Part shown: positions 1 to 14,600 of the stretch, piece by piece
Layout: each line of letters begins with the position of its first letter
How positions within the stretch are numbered: position 1 is the stretch's first letter
Assembly (NCBI RefSeq): GCF_023055435.1
Contig: NW_025963779.1
Location: 89,590,001-89,654,000, forward strand
Source: Haliotis rufescens
Taxonomy: Eukaryota
Length of the DNA stretch: 64,000 bases
Direction: 5' to 3'
Translations under genes and position numbers: made by a program
Notes under the pieces: model-generated
The model's database searches: none
What the model saw: the letters and a program-made list of their open reading frames with translations, nothing else
Told to the model about the DNA's origin: nothing

Positions 1-991
1 GCCAGGCGGAGCACATACATAAATACACTGACAAAGTACCGTAAAGTATACAGTGTACAGATGCATGAAACTCTTGTTAAACAACAAACACTTGACTGAA
101 CAAATAGTACAGTTTATATGAATTGTGAGTGAGTTGGGTTTAACGCTGCTTTTAACACTAATCCAGTTATATCACGGCGTGTCAGCTTAATGTGGGAGGA
201 AAGCCCGAAGTGATGCAGGATATGAATTGTGAAATCTCATTTGAATGTGAATGGAGCAGCTTGTGCGATCTGCAGTGTATAGTATGGGCCAGTGCTCAAA
301 GATATATGGAGAACTTAGGCAATAGTTTATCGGGATATACATGTACTGTAGTAAGAACATACTGCAAGGAAAGGCCTCAACCTTTGTTCTCGCGACAGTG
401 CATTTACATCTCGATAAAGTACAGGCACAAGATCTCTAAATCTATTACATAACTTTGTCTCTTGAGCAAAAATAGGCTATAAACTATCATATATGTTGTG
501 ATGATACTAAAAGTACCCTTCGGGCACAGTACACTTTTTCATAATATAAATTTGAAGAATGTTGATTAGCTTTCAAATAAATTTCAACTCCAATTTTATA
601 GACTCTTTTTCAAAGCAGTCTTCAAATGATGTTTTCAGGGACAGCCATCATATTGACGGTGGTGTGAAGGATTAGGTATATGGTTAGTTGTTTCAGGAAC
701 AGAGTTGTATGGACAGTAGTACCAGAAGAATAATCATATTAACAGTTGTACTTGGGGAAGTAGCCTCAAGGACAGCAGTCACACCCCCATACAGGTCAAG
801 TTGAGTTAAAGTATAATCCAAGGCCACATGTCATTCATCCAAACAGAACAAAACAATATTGATAACAATATTGCACTGCATAGAATAAAACTTTGGCACT
901 CAAACAACAACAACAATAACCAAACTGAAACGATGCCACATATATACTGCTGTTCTGGTACTTAGTATCAACTAATTGGATAGATATAACC

Positions 992-1103
992 AGGGCCCAC
1001 TTAAACAAAGTGATCTTAGCGTTAAGATGATCATAACTCCCATACTTTAACATAGGCTTACGATAGTCTTAGCACTAAGATCGCTTTGTGCAAGTGGGCC
1101 CAG
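992..1103. mobile_element. Short palindromic MITE with GGGCC ends (relatives at ~15064-15182 and ~58305-58400)
   Basis: gggcccactt...gatcttag / ctaagatc...aagtgggccc. Confidence 0.62.
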
Positions 1104-1883
1104 ATCTTCTCAGTTATACCTTATTTATACACAGTAACCTTTAGTACAGAACTGTTAAGTTTTCATATAACTTTGCTATTTGGATAAATTGATTAAGTAG
1201 ACTTAAGGTGCAAGATTTGATGTTTTTTATGTTTAGTATAACATAACCTATTTTGGTGCCTAGAAATCTAAAACCAAATGATATGGCTAAAACAAATAAT
1301 AGTCTTGGTTCTCAGGCACCGCCGGCATCATCATAAAGATTTGTTTTTATTTCCATTTTTAATTATTTTTTTAAAAATCCTTACATTCTAGTTTGGAAAA
1401 CCAAAACAAAAAGGAAAAAAGATACCGCCTGCCCACACTATTTTTCAAAAAATATTGCCTGAGAACCAAATCTTTATTTTTTTAAGCCCATTGTAGATGA
1501 AATATTTCAATATTGAAATGATAATAAATAGAAAAATAGTACACAGAACAATCCAGACCTGATCTTTCTGCTTCAAAGAAGAGATCTAACTTTTGTTCTC
1601 GTTGTTTTATGTATCTATATGATTTTGCGGATGGAGTCAATATGAAGTTTTTCTTATTCACATTCAAGAAAACATTAGGCCTAAGAAAACGTGTTAAATT
1701 GATGAACTACAAAGGCAAACAGGGTGACTTAATGAGATGGACAGTCATACTTAAGACTTACAGACATGATGTAGGATTTAAAATGTAATCATCTGATAAA
1801 TAGAACCCCTCAAATCTTCTACACACAAGTTCTGATAAAATGTCAAGTGAGGTATCAGATTTCAGGTTGGTCAATAATTTAAT

Positions 1884-2204
1884 TTATTGCTCGGTGACCT
1901 CCAGCTGGATCTCGCTTCTTGTGACCCCGGACTCTGCGGTGCCAGGGACTTCTGGGTTAACTTCCTGTACGAGGACACTTCTCGTCTGTGAGACTGTAGC
2001 GCCCTCTTTCTGCTGAAGTAACTGTGGCTGGAAGCGTTCTAGGGCCCACTGCATGGACCAGATGCATAATGGCCGCATGTATCCAAGAGAACGGTAGTGT
2101 TTGGACGTCATGTAGGCTTCAGGTGTTTGGAACTGCAGGCCGTATTGCTCCCAGCATACATGGTAGGCTCCCCACGCTGTTTGAAAGCCCTCTGATATCA
2201 AACC
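1884..2204 (-). CDS. GBA2: GBA2 exon 17, terminal ([10 protein letters not shown]...FQTPEAY...[14 protein letters not shown]...stop)
   Basis: ORF 1884-2201; ttacag| acceptor; TAA at 1886-1884. Confidence 0.96.
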   Translation of the reverse strand, partial: GLISEGFQTAWGAYHVCWEQYGLQFQTPEAYMTSKHYRSLGYMRPLCIWSMQWALERFQPQLLQQKEGATVSQTRSVLVQEVNPEVPGTAESGVTRSEIQLEVTEQ

Positions 2205-5200
2205 CTGTAAGAGAGAACATCACGTACATCAGTGGAAGGAATTTGGCTGAGAGAAGAACTCTTATATAATGCCACAAGTAACTGCTCACTGATGATAACC
2301 ATGATAACATGAATAACATATATTATATTTCTTATTTTCTTTCTAATTAATAATTGCATGCATTACTCCTAGGGCTGATTTGAATAGTATTACAGTTATA
2401 TCAAGTCGCATCAGCTGGATGTGGGAGGAAAGCCCCAAGAGATGCATGTCTCAGACTTTTACCACTTTGGTGAAACCCACGAGCACGGGTTTGGTGCTAA
2501 GAAACTCAGGACAAACTTAAGATTTGAACTGACGATCATAGGTATCTGGTCTGCCCCTCCTCGGGGTAAGTCCCAATTATCATAGCTTACAACTTGTGAA
2601 ACAATCATTGGTGCTCATAGCTCCAAGTTTTTTACATTAGAAAACTAATACTGGGGTACATTCAAAAACTGGTCAATTTCTACTAGTCCTTAGGATACCT
2701 TTACCATTGGGCAGTTTGGTAAGAACTACAGGACTAGTGCCAATTTCTAACGCTGGCCTGTCAAAGATGGGAGACAAGGAGTGCTTGACATCTGTCAACG
2801 CCTGTCAAAGACGGGAGACAAGGAGTGCTTGACACCTGTCAAAGACAGGAGACAAGGAGTGCTTGACACCTGTCAAAGACAAGAGACAAGGAGTGCTTGA
2901 CATCTGTCAATGCCTGTCAAAGACAGGAGACAAGGAGTGCCTGACATCTTTTAATGCCTGTCAAAGACGGGAGACAAGGAGTGCTTGACATCTGTCAATG
3001 CCTGTCAATGACGGGAGACAAGGAGTGCTTGACATCTGTCAAAGACAGGAGACAAGGAGTGCTTGACACCTGTCAAAGACAGGAGACAAGGAGTGCTTGA
3101 CACCTGTCAAAGACAGGAGACAAGGAGTGCTTGACATCTGTCAATGCCTGTCAAAGACGGGAGACAAGGAGTGCTTGACATCTGTCAATGTCTGTCAAAG
3201 ACGGGAGACAAGGAGTGCTTGACATCTGTCAATGTCTGTCAAAGACGGGAGACAAGGAGTGCTTGAAATCTGTCAACGCCTGTCAAAGACGGGAGATAAG
3301 GAGTGCTTGACATCTGTCAAAGACGGGAGACAAGGAGTGCCTGACATCTGTCAATGCCTGTCATAGACGGGAGACAATGGAGTGCTTGACATCTGTCAAT
3401 GCCTGTCAAAGACGGGAAACAAGGAATGCTTGACATATGTCAATGCCTGTCAAAGACAGGAGACAAGAGTGCTTGACATCTGTCAATGCCTGTCAAAGAC
3501 GGGAGACAAGAGTGCTTGACATCTGTCAATGCCTGTCTAAGACGGGAAACAAGGAGTGCTTGACATCTGTCAATGCCTGTCAAAGACAGGAAACAAGGAA
3601 TGGTTGACATCTGTCAATGCCTGTCAAAGATGGGAGACAAGGAGTACTTGACATCTGTCAACGCCTGTCAAAGACGGGAGACAAGGAATGGTTGACATCT
3701 GTCAATGCCTGTCAAAGACAGGAGACAAGGAATGGTTGACATCTGTCAATGCCTGTCAAAGACGGGAGACAAGGAGAGCTTGACATCTGTCAATGCCTGT
3801 CAAAGATGAGGAGACAAGGAATGGTTGACATCTGTCAATGCCTGTCAAAGACGGGAGACAAGGAATGGTTGACATCTGTCAATGCCTGTCAAAGACGGGA
3901 GACAAGGAGAGCTTGACATCTGTCAATGCCTGTCAAAGATGGGAGACAAGGAATGGTTGACATCTGTCAATGCCTGTCAAAGACGGGAGACAAGAGTGCT
4001 TGACATCTGTCAATGCCTGTCTAAGACGGGAAACAAGGAGTGCTTGACATCTGTCAATGCCTGTCAAAGACGGGAAACAAGGAATGGTTGACATCTGTCA
4101 ATGCCTGTCAAAGATGGGAAACAAGGAGTGCTTGACATCTGTCAATGCCTGTCAAAGACGGGAGACAAGGAATGGTTGACATCTGTCAATGCCTGTCAAA
4201 GACGGGAGACAAAGAATGGTTGACATCTGTCAATGCTTGTCAAAGACGGGAGACAAGGAGAGCTTGACATCTGTCAATGCCTGTCTAAGATGGGAGACAA
4301 GGAATGGTTGACATCTGTCAATGCCTGTCAAAGACGGGAGACAAGGAGAGCTTGACATCTGTCAATGCCTGTCAAAGATGGGAGACAAGGAATGGTTGAC
4401 ATCTGTCAATGCCTGTCAAAGACGGGAGACAAGTAATGGTTGACATCTGTCAATGCCTGTCAAAGACGGGAGACAAGGAGTGCTTGACATCTGTCAATGC
4501 CTGTCAAAGACGGGAGACAAGGAATGGTTGACATCTGTCAATGCCTGTCAAAGACGGGAGACAAGGAGTACTTGACATCTGTCAATGCCTGTCAAAGACG
4601 GGAGGCAAGGAATGCTTGACATCTGTCAAAGACGGGAGACAAGGAGAGCTTGACATCTGTCAACGCCTGTCAAAGACGGGAGACAAGGAATGCTTGACAT
4701 CTGTCAATGCCTGTCAAAGGCAGGAGACAAGGAGTGCTTGACACCTGGGACACATTACAACAATTAGGACATCATCTGTGTGTAATATATGAACAGCAAC
4801 CTCTACTCACCTCCTGGATCATGCTGGCAGCCAGACCGTATATCACTCCTACCCAGAATTCCTCTGCCTGGCAGCTACTGGTGTCTCGACTGCCATCTGG
4901 TCGGGTCCCATTGATTGCACCCATGTTACCATTACCATACTTCATGACATTGTTCTCGTAGATAGTCTTCAGGACACTCTGTACATGATCTGGGGGAAAC
5001 ACCTGAACAAATGAAATAGAAAAATCTCCATCAGAATTGAGTAAGTGAGTGAGTTAGGTCAAACACTGCCTATATATATAAAATTTGTTGTTTAACCCCA
5101 CACTCAATGATATTCCCACTGTCGAGGTTCAATGACACACAAGCACTGAGTCTGCCCAGCAAGTCATCTTTCACAAGAAGAATATGTTGGGGACCAATTC

Positions 5201-8200
5201 TCACCCAGAACAATTCTCATCCGGAATCCCCATGGGGCCAGCACATTTGAAACATTAGGAACATGAACATGGATATACTACAGATGCAGAAGGCACATGC
5301 TCTCTTCAAGGACATAGATTCCAGGAATCTTGCTTTACCTTGTCATCCTGCAGCCCCGATGCCCGCAGGAACCACTGGCCTGCAAGCTGGTCGGCCATCA
5401 GACTGTCATGATGCCCACTGGTGCTGCTGTCGTAGTCGTAGTACCGGCCTGGAAACAAGCAGTTGAAACCAACATTACTTTCTGTAGAACAGAATCCATA
5501 ACAACATCCTCTGTTACACATACTCCTCAACATAATTATTTAGTGTCATTAATATTTTGTTATGTTAGTTCATATCCCACTTATTCCCTGACCACTAAGA
5601 GGTCTGCAGAGACTGCTAATCTATATCCCACATATTCCCTGACCACTAAGAGGTCAGTTGTGACTATGCTAATCTATATCCCACATATTCACTGACCACT
5701 AAGAGGATTGTTGTGACCATGCTAGTACATATCCCACATATTCACTGACCACTAAGAGGTCTGTTGTGACCATGCTAGTCCATATCCCACATATTCACTG
5801 ACCACTAAGAGGTCTGTTGTGACCATGCTAGGCCATATCCAACATATTCACTGACCACTAAGAGGTCTGTTGTGACCATGCTGGTCCATATCCCACATAT
5901 TCACTGACCACTAAGAGGTCTGTAGAGACTGCTAATCCATATCCCACGTATTCCCTGACCACTAAGAGGTCTGTAGAGACTGCTAATCTATATCCCACAT
6001 ATTCCCTGACCACTAAGAGGTCTGTTGTGACTATGCTAGTCCATATCCCACGTATTCCCTGACCACTAAGAGGTCTGTAGAGATTGCTAATCTATATACC
6101 ACATATTCCCTGACCACTAAGAGGTCTGTAGAGAATGCTTATCTATATCCCACGTATTCCCTGACCACTGAGAGGTCTGTTGTGACTATGCTAGTCCATA
6201 TCCCACATATTCCGTGACCACTAAGAGGTCTGTAGAGAATGCTTATCTATATCCCACATATTCCCTGACTACTAAGATGTCTGTAGAGAATGCTAATCTA
6301 TATCCCACATATTCACTGACCACTAAGAGGATTGTTGTGACCATGCTAGTCCATATCCCACATATTAACTGACCACTAAGAGGTCTGTTGTGACCATGCT
6401 AGTCCATATCCCACATATTCACTGACCACTAAGAGGTCTGTTGTGACCATGCTGGTCCATATCCCACATATTCACCGACCACTTAGAGGTCTGTAGAGAC
6501 TGCTAATCCATATCCCACGTATTCCCTGACCACTAAGAGGTCTGTAGAGACTGCTAATCTATATCCCACATATTCCCTGACCACTAAGAGGTCTGTTGTG
6601 ACTATGCTAGTCCATATCCCACGTATTCCCTGACCACTAAGAGGTCTGTAGAGATTGCTAATCTATATACCACATATTCCCTGACCACTAAGATGTCTGT
6701 AGAGAATGCTAATCTATATCCCACATATTCCCTGACCACTGAGAGGTCTGTTGTGACTATGCTAGTCCATATCCCACATATTCCGTGACCACTTAGAGGT
6801 CTGTAGAGAATGCTAATCTATATCCCACATATTCCCTGACCACTAAGAGGTCTGTAGAGAATGCTAATCTATATCCCACATATTCCCTGACCACTGAGAG
6901 GTCTGTTGTGACTATGCTAGTCCATATCCCACATATTCCGTGACCACTAAGAGGTCTGTAGAGAATGCTAATCTATATCCCACATATTCACTGACCACTA
7001 AGAGGATTGTTGTGACCATGCTAGTCCATATCCCACATATTCACTGACCACTAAGAGGATTGTTGTGACCATGCTAGTCCACATCCCACATATTCACTGA
7101 CCACTAAGAGGATTGTTGTGACCATGCTAGTCCATAAACCACATATTCACTGACCACTAAGAGGATTGTTGTGACCATGCTAGTCCATATCCCACATATT
7201 CCGTGACCACTAAGAGGTCTGTTGTGACCATGCTAGTCCATATCCCACATATTCACTTACAACTAAGAGGTCTGTTGTGACCATGCTAGTCCACATCCCA
7301 CATATTCACTAACCACTAAGAGGTCTGTTGTGACCATGCTAGTCCATATCCCACATATTCACTGACCGTTCCAAAGTTTGGTTTCGTATGACTGACGTCC
7401 CTTGTCCAGCACCACCTGGTACTTGTCCATGTCTTCCTTGAACCCCAACTTGCTGGCCATCTCAATCGTCATCCGCAGCGAGGCCAGCCACATCCCACCA
7501 CAGTAGGCGCTGCAACAGGGACGACATGTACATCATATATCCACACACCCTGCTGCCATTCACCACAGTAGGTGCTGCAACAGGGACGACATATACATGA
7601 TATATCCACACACCCTGCTGCCATTCACCACAGTATGTGCTGCAACAGGGACGACATATACATGATATATCCACACACCCTGCTGCTATCCACCACAGTA
7701 GGTGCTGCAACAGGGATGACATATACATGATATATCCACACACACCCTTCTGCCATTCACCACACAGTAGGTGCTGCAACCATGGCAACAGGGACGACAT
7801 ATACATGATATATCCACACACACCCTGCTGCCATTCACCACAGTAGGTGCTGCAACAGGGATGACATATACATGATATATCCACATACCCTGCTGCCATT
7901 CACCACAGTAGATGTTGCAACAGGGACAACATATACATGATATATCCACACACACCCTGCTGCCATACACCATAGTTGGTGCTGCAACAGGGACGACATA
8001 TACATGATATATCCACACACACCCTGCTGCCATTCACCACAGTAGGTGCTGCAACAGGGATGACATATACATGATATATCCACACACCCTGCTGCTATTC
8101 ACCACAGTAGGTGCTGCAACAGGGATGACATATACATGATATATCCACACACCCTGCTGCTATTCACCACAGTAGGTGCTGCAACAGGGATGACATATAC

Positions 8201-11200
8201 ATGATATATCCACACACCCTGCTGCTATTCACCACAGTAGGTGCTGCAACAGGGATGACATATACATGATATATCCACACACCCTGCTGCTATTCACCAC
8301 AGTAGGTGCTGCAACAGGGATGACATATACATGATATATCCACACACCCTGCTGCTATTCACCACAGTAGGTGCTGCAACAGGGATGACATATACATGAT
8401 ATATCCACACACCCTGCTGCTATTCACCACAGTAGGTGCTGCATCAGGGATGACATATACATGATATATCCACACACACCCTGCTGCCATACACCACAGT
8501 AGGTGCTGCACCATGGCAACAGCGATGACATATACATGATATATCCACACACACCCTGCTGCCAATCACTACAGTAGGCGCTGCAACAGGGACGACATAT
8601 ACATCATATATCAACACACACCCTGCTGCCAATCACCACAGAAGGCGCTGCAACAGGGACGACATATTCATGATATATCCACACATTGCGAGCTGCCATA
8701 CACCACAGTAGTGCTGCAACAGGGACGACATATACATGATATATCCACACATTGCGAGCTGCCATACACCACAGTAGTGCTGCATCAGGGACGACATATA
8801 CATGATATATCCACACATCACGAGCTGCCATACACCACAGTAGTGCTGCAACAGGGACGACATATACATGATATATCCACACATCGCGAGCTGCCATCCA
8901 CCACAGTAGGAGCTGCAACAGGGACGACATATTCATGATATAGCCACACATTGCGAGCTGCCATACACCACAGTAGTGCTGCAACAGGGATGACATATAC
9001 ATGATATATCCACACACCCTGCTGCCATACACCACAGTAGTGCTGCATCAGGGACGACATATACATGATATATCCACACATCACGAGCTGCCATACATCA
9101 CAGTAGGCGCTGCAACAGGGACGACATATACATGATATATCCACACATCGCGAGCTGCCATCCACCACAGTAGGAGCTGCAACAGGGACGACATATTCAT
9201 GATATAGCCACACATTGCGAGCTGCCACACAACACAGTAGTGCTGCAACAGGGACGACATATACATGATATATCCACACATCGCGAGCTGCCATACACCA
9301 CAGTAGTGCTGCATCAGGGACGACATATACATGATATATCCACACATCGCGAGCTGCCATACACCACAGTAGTGCTGCATCAGGGACGACATATACATGA
9401 TATATCCACACATCACGAGCTGCCATACATCACAGTAGGCGCTGCAACAGGGACGACATATACATGATATATCCACACATCGCGAGCTGCCATCCACCAC
9501 AGTAGGAGCTGCAACAGGGACGACATATTCATGATATAGCCACACATTGCGAGCTGCCATACACCACAGTAGTGCTGCAACAGGGATGACATATACATGA
9601 TATATCCACACATCGCTAGCTGCCATCCACCACATACATGTTTCCTCCGCTACCCTACATGAACCAGGTAACTGCAGTCTGGTTACACACACTAAGTACT
9701 CCATAAGGAGTAAACAGGATAAACCTGTGGTCCACAGCTGGACCCCTCGTGTGTACCTTGCTCCACTCATAGTCCATGCGTCGAAAGTCTGGTCGGCAAA
9801 GCCACTGTTGTCAATGATACCGTCGTCATCGATGTCCCACTTCAGTGCAGTCTCGATCACACCCTGCAAGTTATCAATAACCATATCAGTTCCAACCATA
9901 TTCTATATGAACAAGATGTTTACATTGTTGTTTGTTTATTTGTTGCTTAACAACACAATGAGCTACAGTCTAGCTATATGACCACGTACGTAAATCATGT
10001 CTGGACTAGGCTATCCAGTGACTGATATTGCAGGGCAACTATCCATGCCATCAGGGTACGATGACACGCAATCAACCAAGTCACTGAGCCTGACCACCCG
10101 ATCCATTTGCTGACCACTGATGACCAGCACAGGCTGCTATCTGAGCTAGAATCAATCTCAGTAAGCTGTCCACTGGGGACTGATTCAAGCCTTCAGTCAT
10201 CACAGGGTTTACACTGTGGACCTTAATATGCAGCTACATGAATTGGAGAGTGAAGGATGCAGTTATTTCAAACAACATACATCGAATGCAAGACATCATG
10301 AACACAAACTACCATGATTGATACACATTCAGGTCATGTCCCAAGGCGTCATATCCCTGTTGACCTCACCTTGACCTTGGGGTACATATTCTCCATGAAC
10401 TCCTTGTCCTGTGTGGCGTGGTAGTCTCTGTACACCTGCAGGACAAACTTCAGATTGAGGTCCTTCCAGTTGGCCGTCTCATGAATCCTGTAGGCATTGA
10501 CGCGCTTCCATGGCTCGTCCTCTACATCAGGGAAAAAACAATGTTATCACTTAAGGGCAGATACTGAGGTTCATGGTCACACACATGCAGACAGGTCACA
10601 CACATGGAGACACGTCACACACAGGCAGACAGGTCACGCACAGGCAGACAGGTCACGCACATGCAGACAGGTCACTCACATGCAGGCAGGTCACACACAG
10701 GCAGACAGGTCACACACATGGAGACAGGTCACACACATGGAGACAGGTCACACACAGCCAGGCAGGTCACTCACATGCAGGCAGGTCACACACAGGCAGA
10801 CAGGTCAAGCATATGGAGACAGGTCACACACATGGAGACAGGTCACACACAGCCAGGCAGGTCACACACATGCAAACAGGTCACACACATGCAAACAGGT
10901 CACACACAGGCAGACAGGTCACGCACAGGCAGACAGGTCACGCACATGCAGACAGGTCACTCACATGCAGGCAGGTCACACACAGGCAGACAGGTCACAC
11001 ACATGGAGACAGGTCACACACATGGAGACAGGTCACACACAGCCAGGCAGGTCACACACATGCAGACAGGTCAAGCATATGGAGACAGGTCAAGCACATG
11101 GAGACAGGTCAAGCACATGCAGACAGGACAGGTCACACACATGCAGACAGGTCACACACATGCAGACAGGTCAAGCACATGCAGACAGGTCAAGCACATG

Positions 11201-11637
11201 CAGACAGGACAGGTCACACACATGCAGACGGGTCACACACAGGCAGGCAGGTAACACATGCAGACAGGTCACACACATGCAGACAGGTCGTGCACATGGA
11301 GACAGGTCAAGCACATGCAGACAGGTCACACACATGCAGACAGGTCACACACAGGCAGGCAGGTCACACACATGCAGACAGGTCAAGCACATGCAGACAG
11401 GACACACATATGCAGACAGGTCACACACATGCAGACAGGTGACACACATGCAGACAGGTCACACACACATGCACACAGGACACACACAGGAACCACACAA
11501 TCATCAGTGTATTTTACTGTCACGACAATGACGGGTACCACGTCCTGAAACAATACAAGTTGATGCTCATGAAGCGCTAATATTTTTCTTTCCAAAATAC
11601 ATTTGTTTGTGTTGTTAGAAGTCAACATCACTACAAG

Positions 11638-11669
<32 letters not shown>

Positions 11670-14600
11670 GATTATGATGATTCTACCACTTTCCAAACAT
11701 CTGATGCAGATTAGAGCTTTTTGTGAAAGGTGTGTTGAATCGTGTTGCACCGATACATCCGTGAAACTGTTCATTCTTAGCACTGGGACCAATACTGCCC
11801 TAGAATCCCAACAGGGAGTATGTAATCTCAAAGGTCGACTCTGTACAGGGAACTTGTGGGCCAGGTAAGCCAGTGGTTCAAAACACGAGAAACTAACCAC
11901 AATAATATGGTACTATGACAAATAATCAGCCAACACAATATGTATGTAAAGTTAAGGACCATCTGATTCTTTCACATCAGAGAGTTGAGAATGAATTGAG
12001 TGCACACAGATCCACTGATGGGGGTGTTAATGTAGAGCTTTGAGCATGCCTTAGGATGTGGATTTGATTGCGACATAAATATGCAGATTATTATTTTATT
12101 ATTATTATTATTACTACTACTGACCTGGGTCCCCGACGTCATGAGGAACTGTGTGAAGCGTCTTGAGCAGCCCCTTGTGACCGGACGTGTAGTACTTCAC
12201 ACGCGTACTGTCCTCGCTCATCACAGAGTGAGCTGAATGGTAAAATACATGCCATCATTCCTAGGACAGGTATGAATATCAGTTAGCAGTGTTTGAAATA
12301 CATGCCATCATTCCTAGGACAGGTATGAATATCAGTTAGCAGTGTTTGAAATACATGCCATCATTCCTAGGACAGGTATGAATATCAGTTAGCGGTGTTT
12401 AAAATACATGCCATCATTCCTAGGACAGGTATGAATATCAGTTAGCAGTGTTTAAAATACATGCCATCATTCCTAGGACAGGTATGAATATCAGTTAGCG
12501 GTGTTTAAAATACCGGCCTGCCCGACAGTCCTAGACGGTCTGTTTTGCTGATGGACGGTCAGTTTTGAAAAGTTGGATGCCTGATGGTCGGGAGTTAAAG
12601 ATAAGTTGACAATCAACAGGTTTATTGTTATATTCTGACAACGTACATTAAACAGTACTGTTCTTATGTTTACGCTTTTGTTACTTTTGTTAGCCTAGAA
12701 AATTCTGGACTGGCAAAATTTTATCTGGTCTGGTAACTTAACAATGGTTGTCCGGTTGTCTGACTAAAATTTTGGGGAATTTTATACACTGCAATTAGTA
12801 TGACAGAAGAAAAGTTAAATGATATAAATAATCTAACTGATACATTCAAATAGATCATGTGTACCAAATGTATTCTATTAACGGGTGAGTGTATGTTGTT
12901 TTATGCCAGTCAGCTTTCAAGCCATATCACACTGGGTGGGGACACTGCGGCCTCTCCCAAGCATACTCTCCCTAAATAGGATAGCCTTAGGATATTCTCC
13001 CTAAATAGGATAGCCCTGATACTCTCCCTAAATAGGATAACCCTAAGATACTCTCACTGAATAGGATAACCCTAGGATACTCTCACTGAATAGGATAACC
13101 CTAGGATACTCTCACTGAATAGGATAACCCTAAGATACTCTCACTGAATAGGATAACCCTAGGATACTCTCACTGAATAGGATAACCCTAGGATACTCTC
13201 ACTGAATAGGATAACCCTAGGATACTCTCACTGAATAGGATAATCCTGAGATACTCTACCTAAACAGGATAACCCTAGGATACTCTCACTGAATAGGATA
13301 ATCCTGAGATACTCTCCCTGAATAGGATTTTCCTAGGATACTCTCCCTAAACAGGATAACCCTAGGATACTCTCCATAAATAGGATAATCCTAAGATACT
13401 CTCCCTAAATAGGATAATCCTAAGATGCTCTCCCTAAACAGGATAACCCTAGGATACTCTCCCTAAACAGGATAACCCTAGGATACTCTCCCTAAATAGG
13501 ATAATCCTAAGATACTCTCCCTAAATAGGATAACCCTAGGATACTCTCCATAAATAGGATAATCCTAAGATACTCTCCCTAAATAGGATAACCCTAGGAT
13601 ACTCTCCCTGAATAGGATAACCCTGAGATACTCTCCATAAATAGGATACTCCTAGGATACTGTCCCTAAATAGGATAACCCTAAGATACTCTCCCTGAAT
13701 AGGATAACCCTAAGATACTCTCCCCAAATAGGATAACCCTAGGATACTGTCCCTAAATAGGATAACCCTAAGATACTCTCCCTGAATAGGATAACCCTAA
13801 GATACTCTCCCCAAATAGGATAACCCTAGGATACTGTCCCTAATTTTTTGTTTGCTGCTTAACGCTGCACTCACTAACATTCCACCTGTATGATGGTGAC
13901 CTGTAAATAGTTGATTGTAGAACAGACAAACCAGGGATTGACATTATGAGCAAAGTCCCATGCCATCAGGATGCGATGATCAATCAGGCAATCAACCAAG
14001 TCAATGATTCATATGATCCCCAGTTAAGACAAGCATAGGTTGCTGGGGCACAACTCTAGCCCGTACTCCCCACAGGCCCAACAATGACATCACACACTGT
14101 ACCTATGTCATACTGTAGAGACAGCTGTATCTTGGGCCACAGCTGGATGAAGGCGAAGGAGGCGTAGTGATGCACGTCGTATGTGTTGAACATCCGGTAT
14201 TCATGACCTGCGAGACAGAGACAGCACTATACACCCTCCAAGATCACAGTACACAATCATATACTTACGCCAAAAGAAACGTGAAACATAGAAACATACA
14301 GAGGAGTATGTATGTTAAGAAGATATGTTTCCAATGTGTACCATTTAATGATAAAACTTACAATCATTCAAGTGTTAACACAGAGTGTATTTATTCTTAT
14401 CACGATATACTGCATGTGATTTCCAAACTTTACATGCTAATCCTGCACGAGACAAATGGTGCATCCCCAGTCATGGCTCTAGGATGCATCAAACCATGCA
14501 TCAAACCAATCTAATATCTCTTGAATATGAGTAATTCTTCATATATTAACCAACATGTATGGCATTTGCGCTTCTTTTGGCGGTGAGTATATTTTAACAA

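Noticed and set aside
7462-9700. Cys-rich, metallothionein- or keratin-like ORFs
   Set aside because: Open in several frames of a 65-bp tandem repeat. Only 9757-9863 and 7367-7509 are real exons.
10497-11548. His/Thr/Gln-rich ORFs up to 344 aa
   Set aside because: All three plus frames are open because the CA-rich minisatellite lacks stops; it is antisense within a GBA2 intron.
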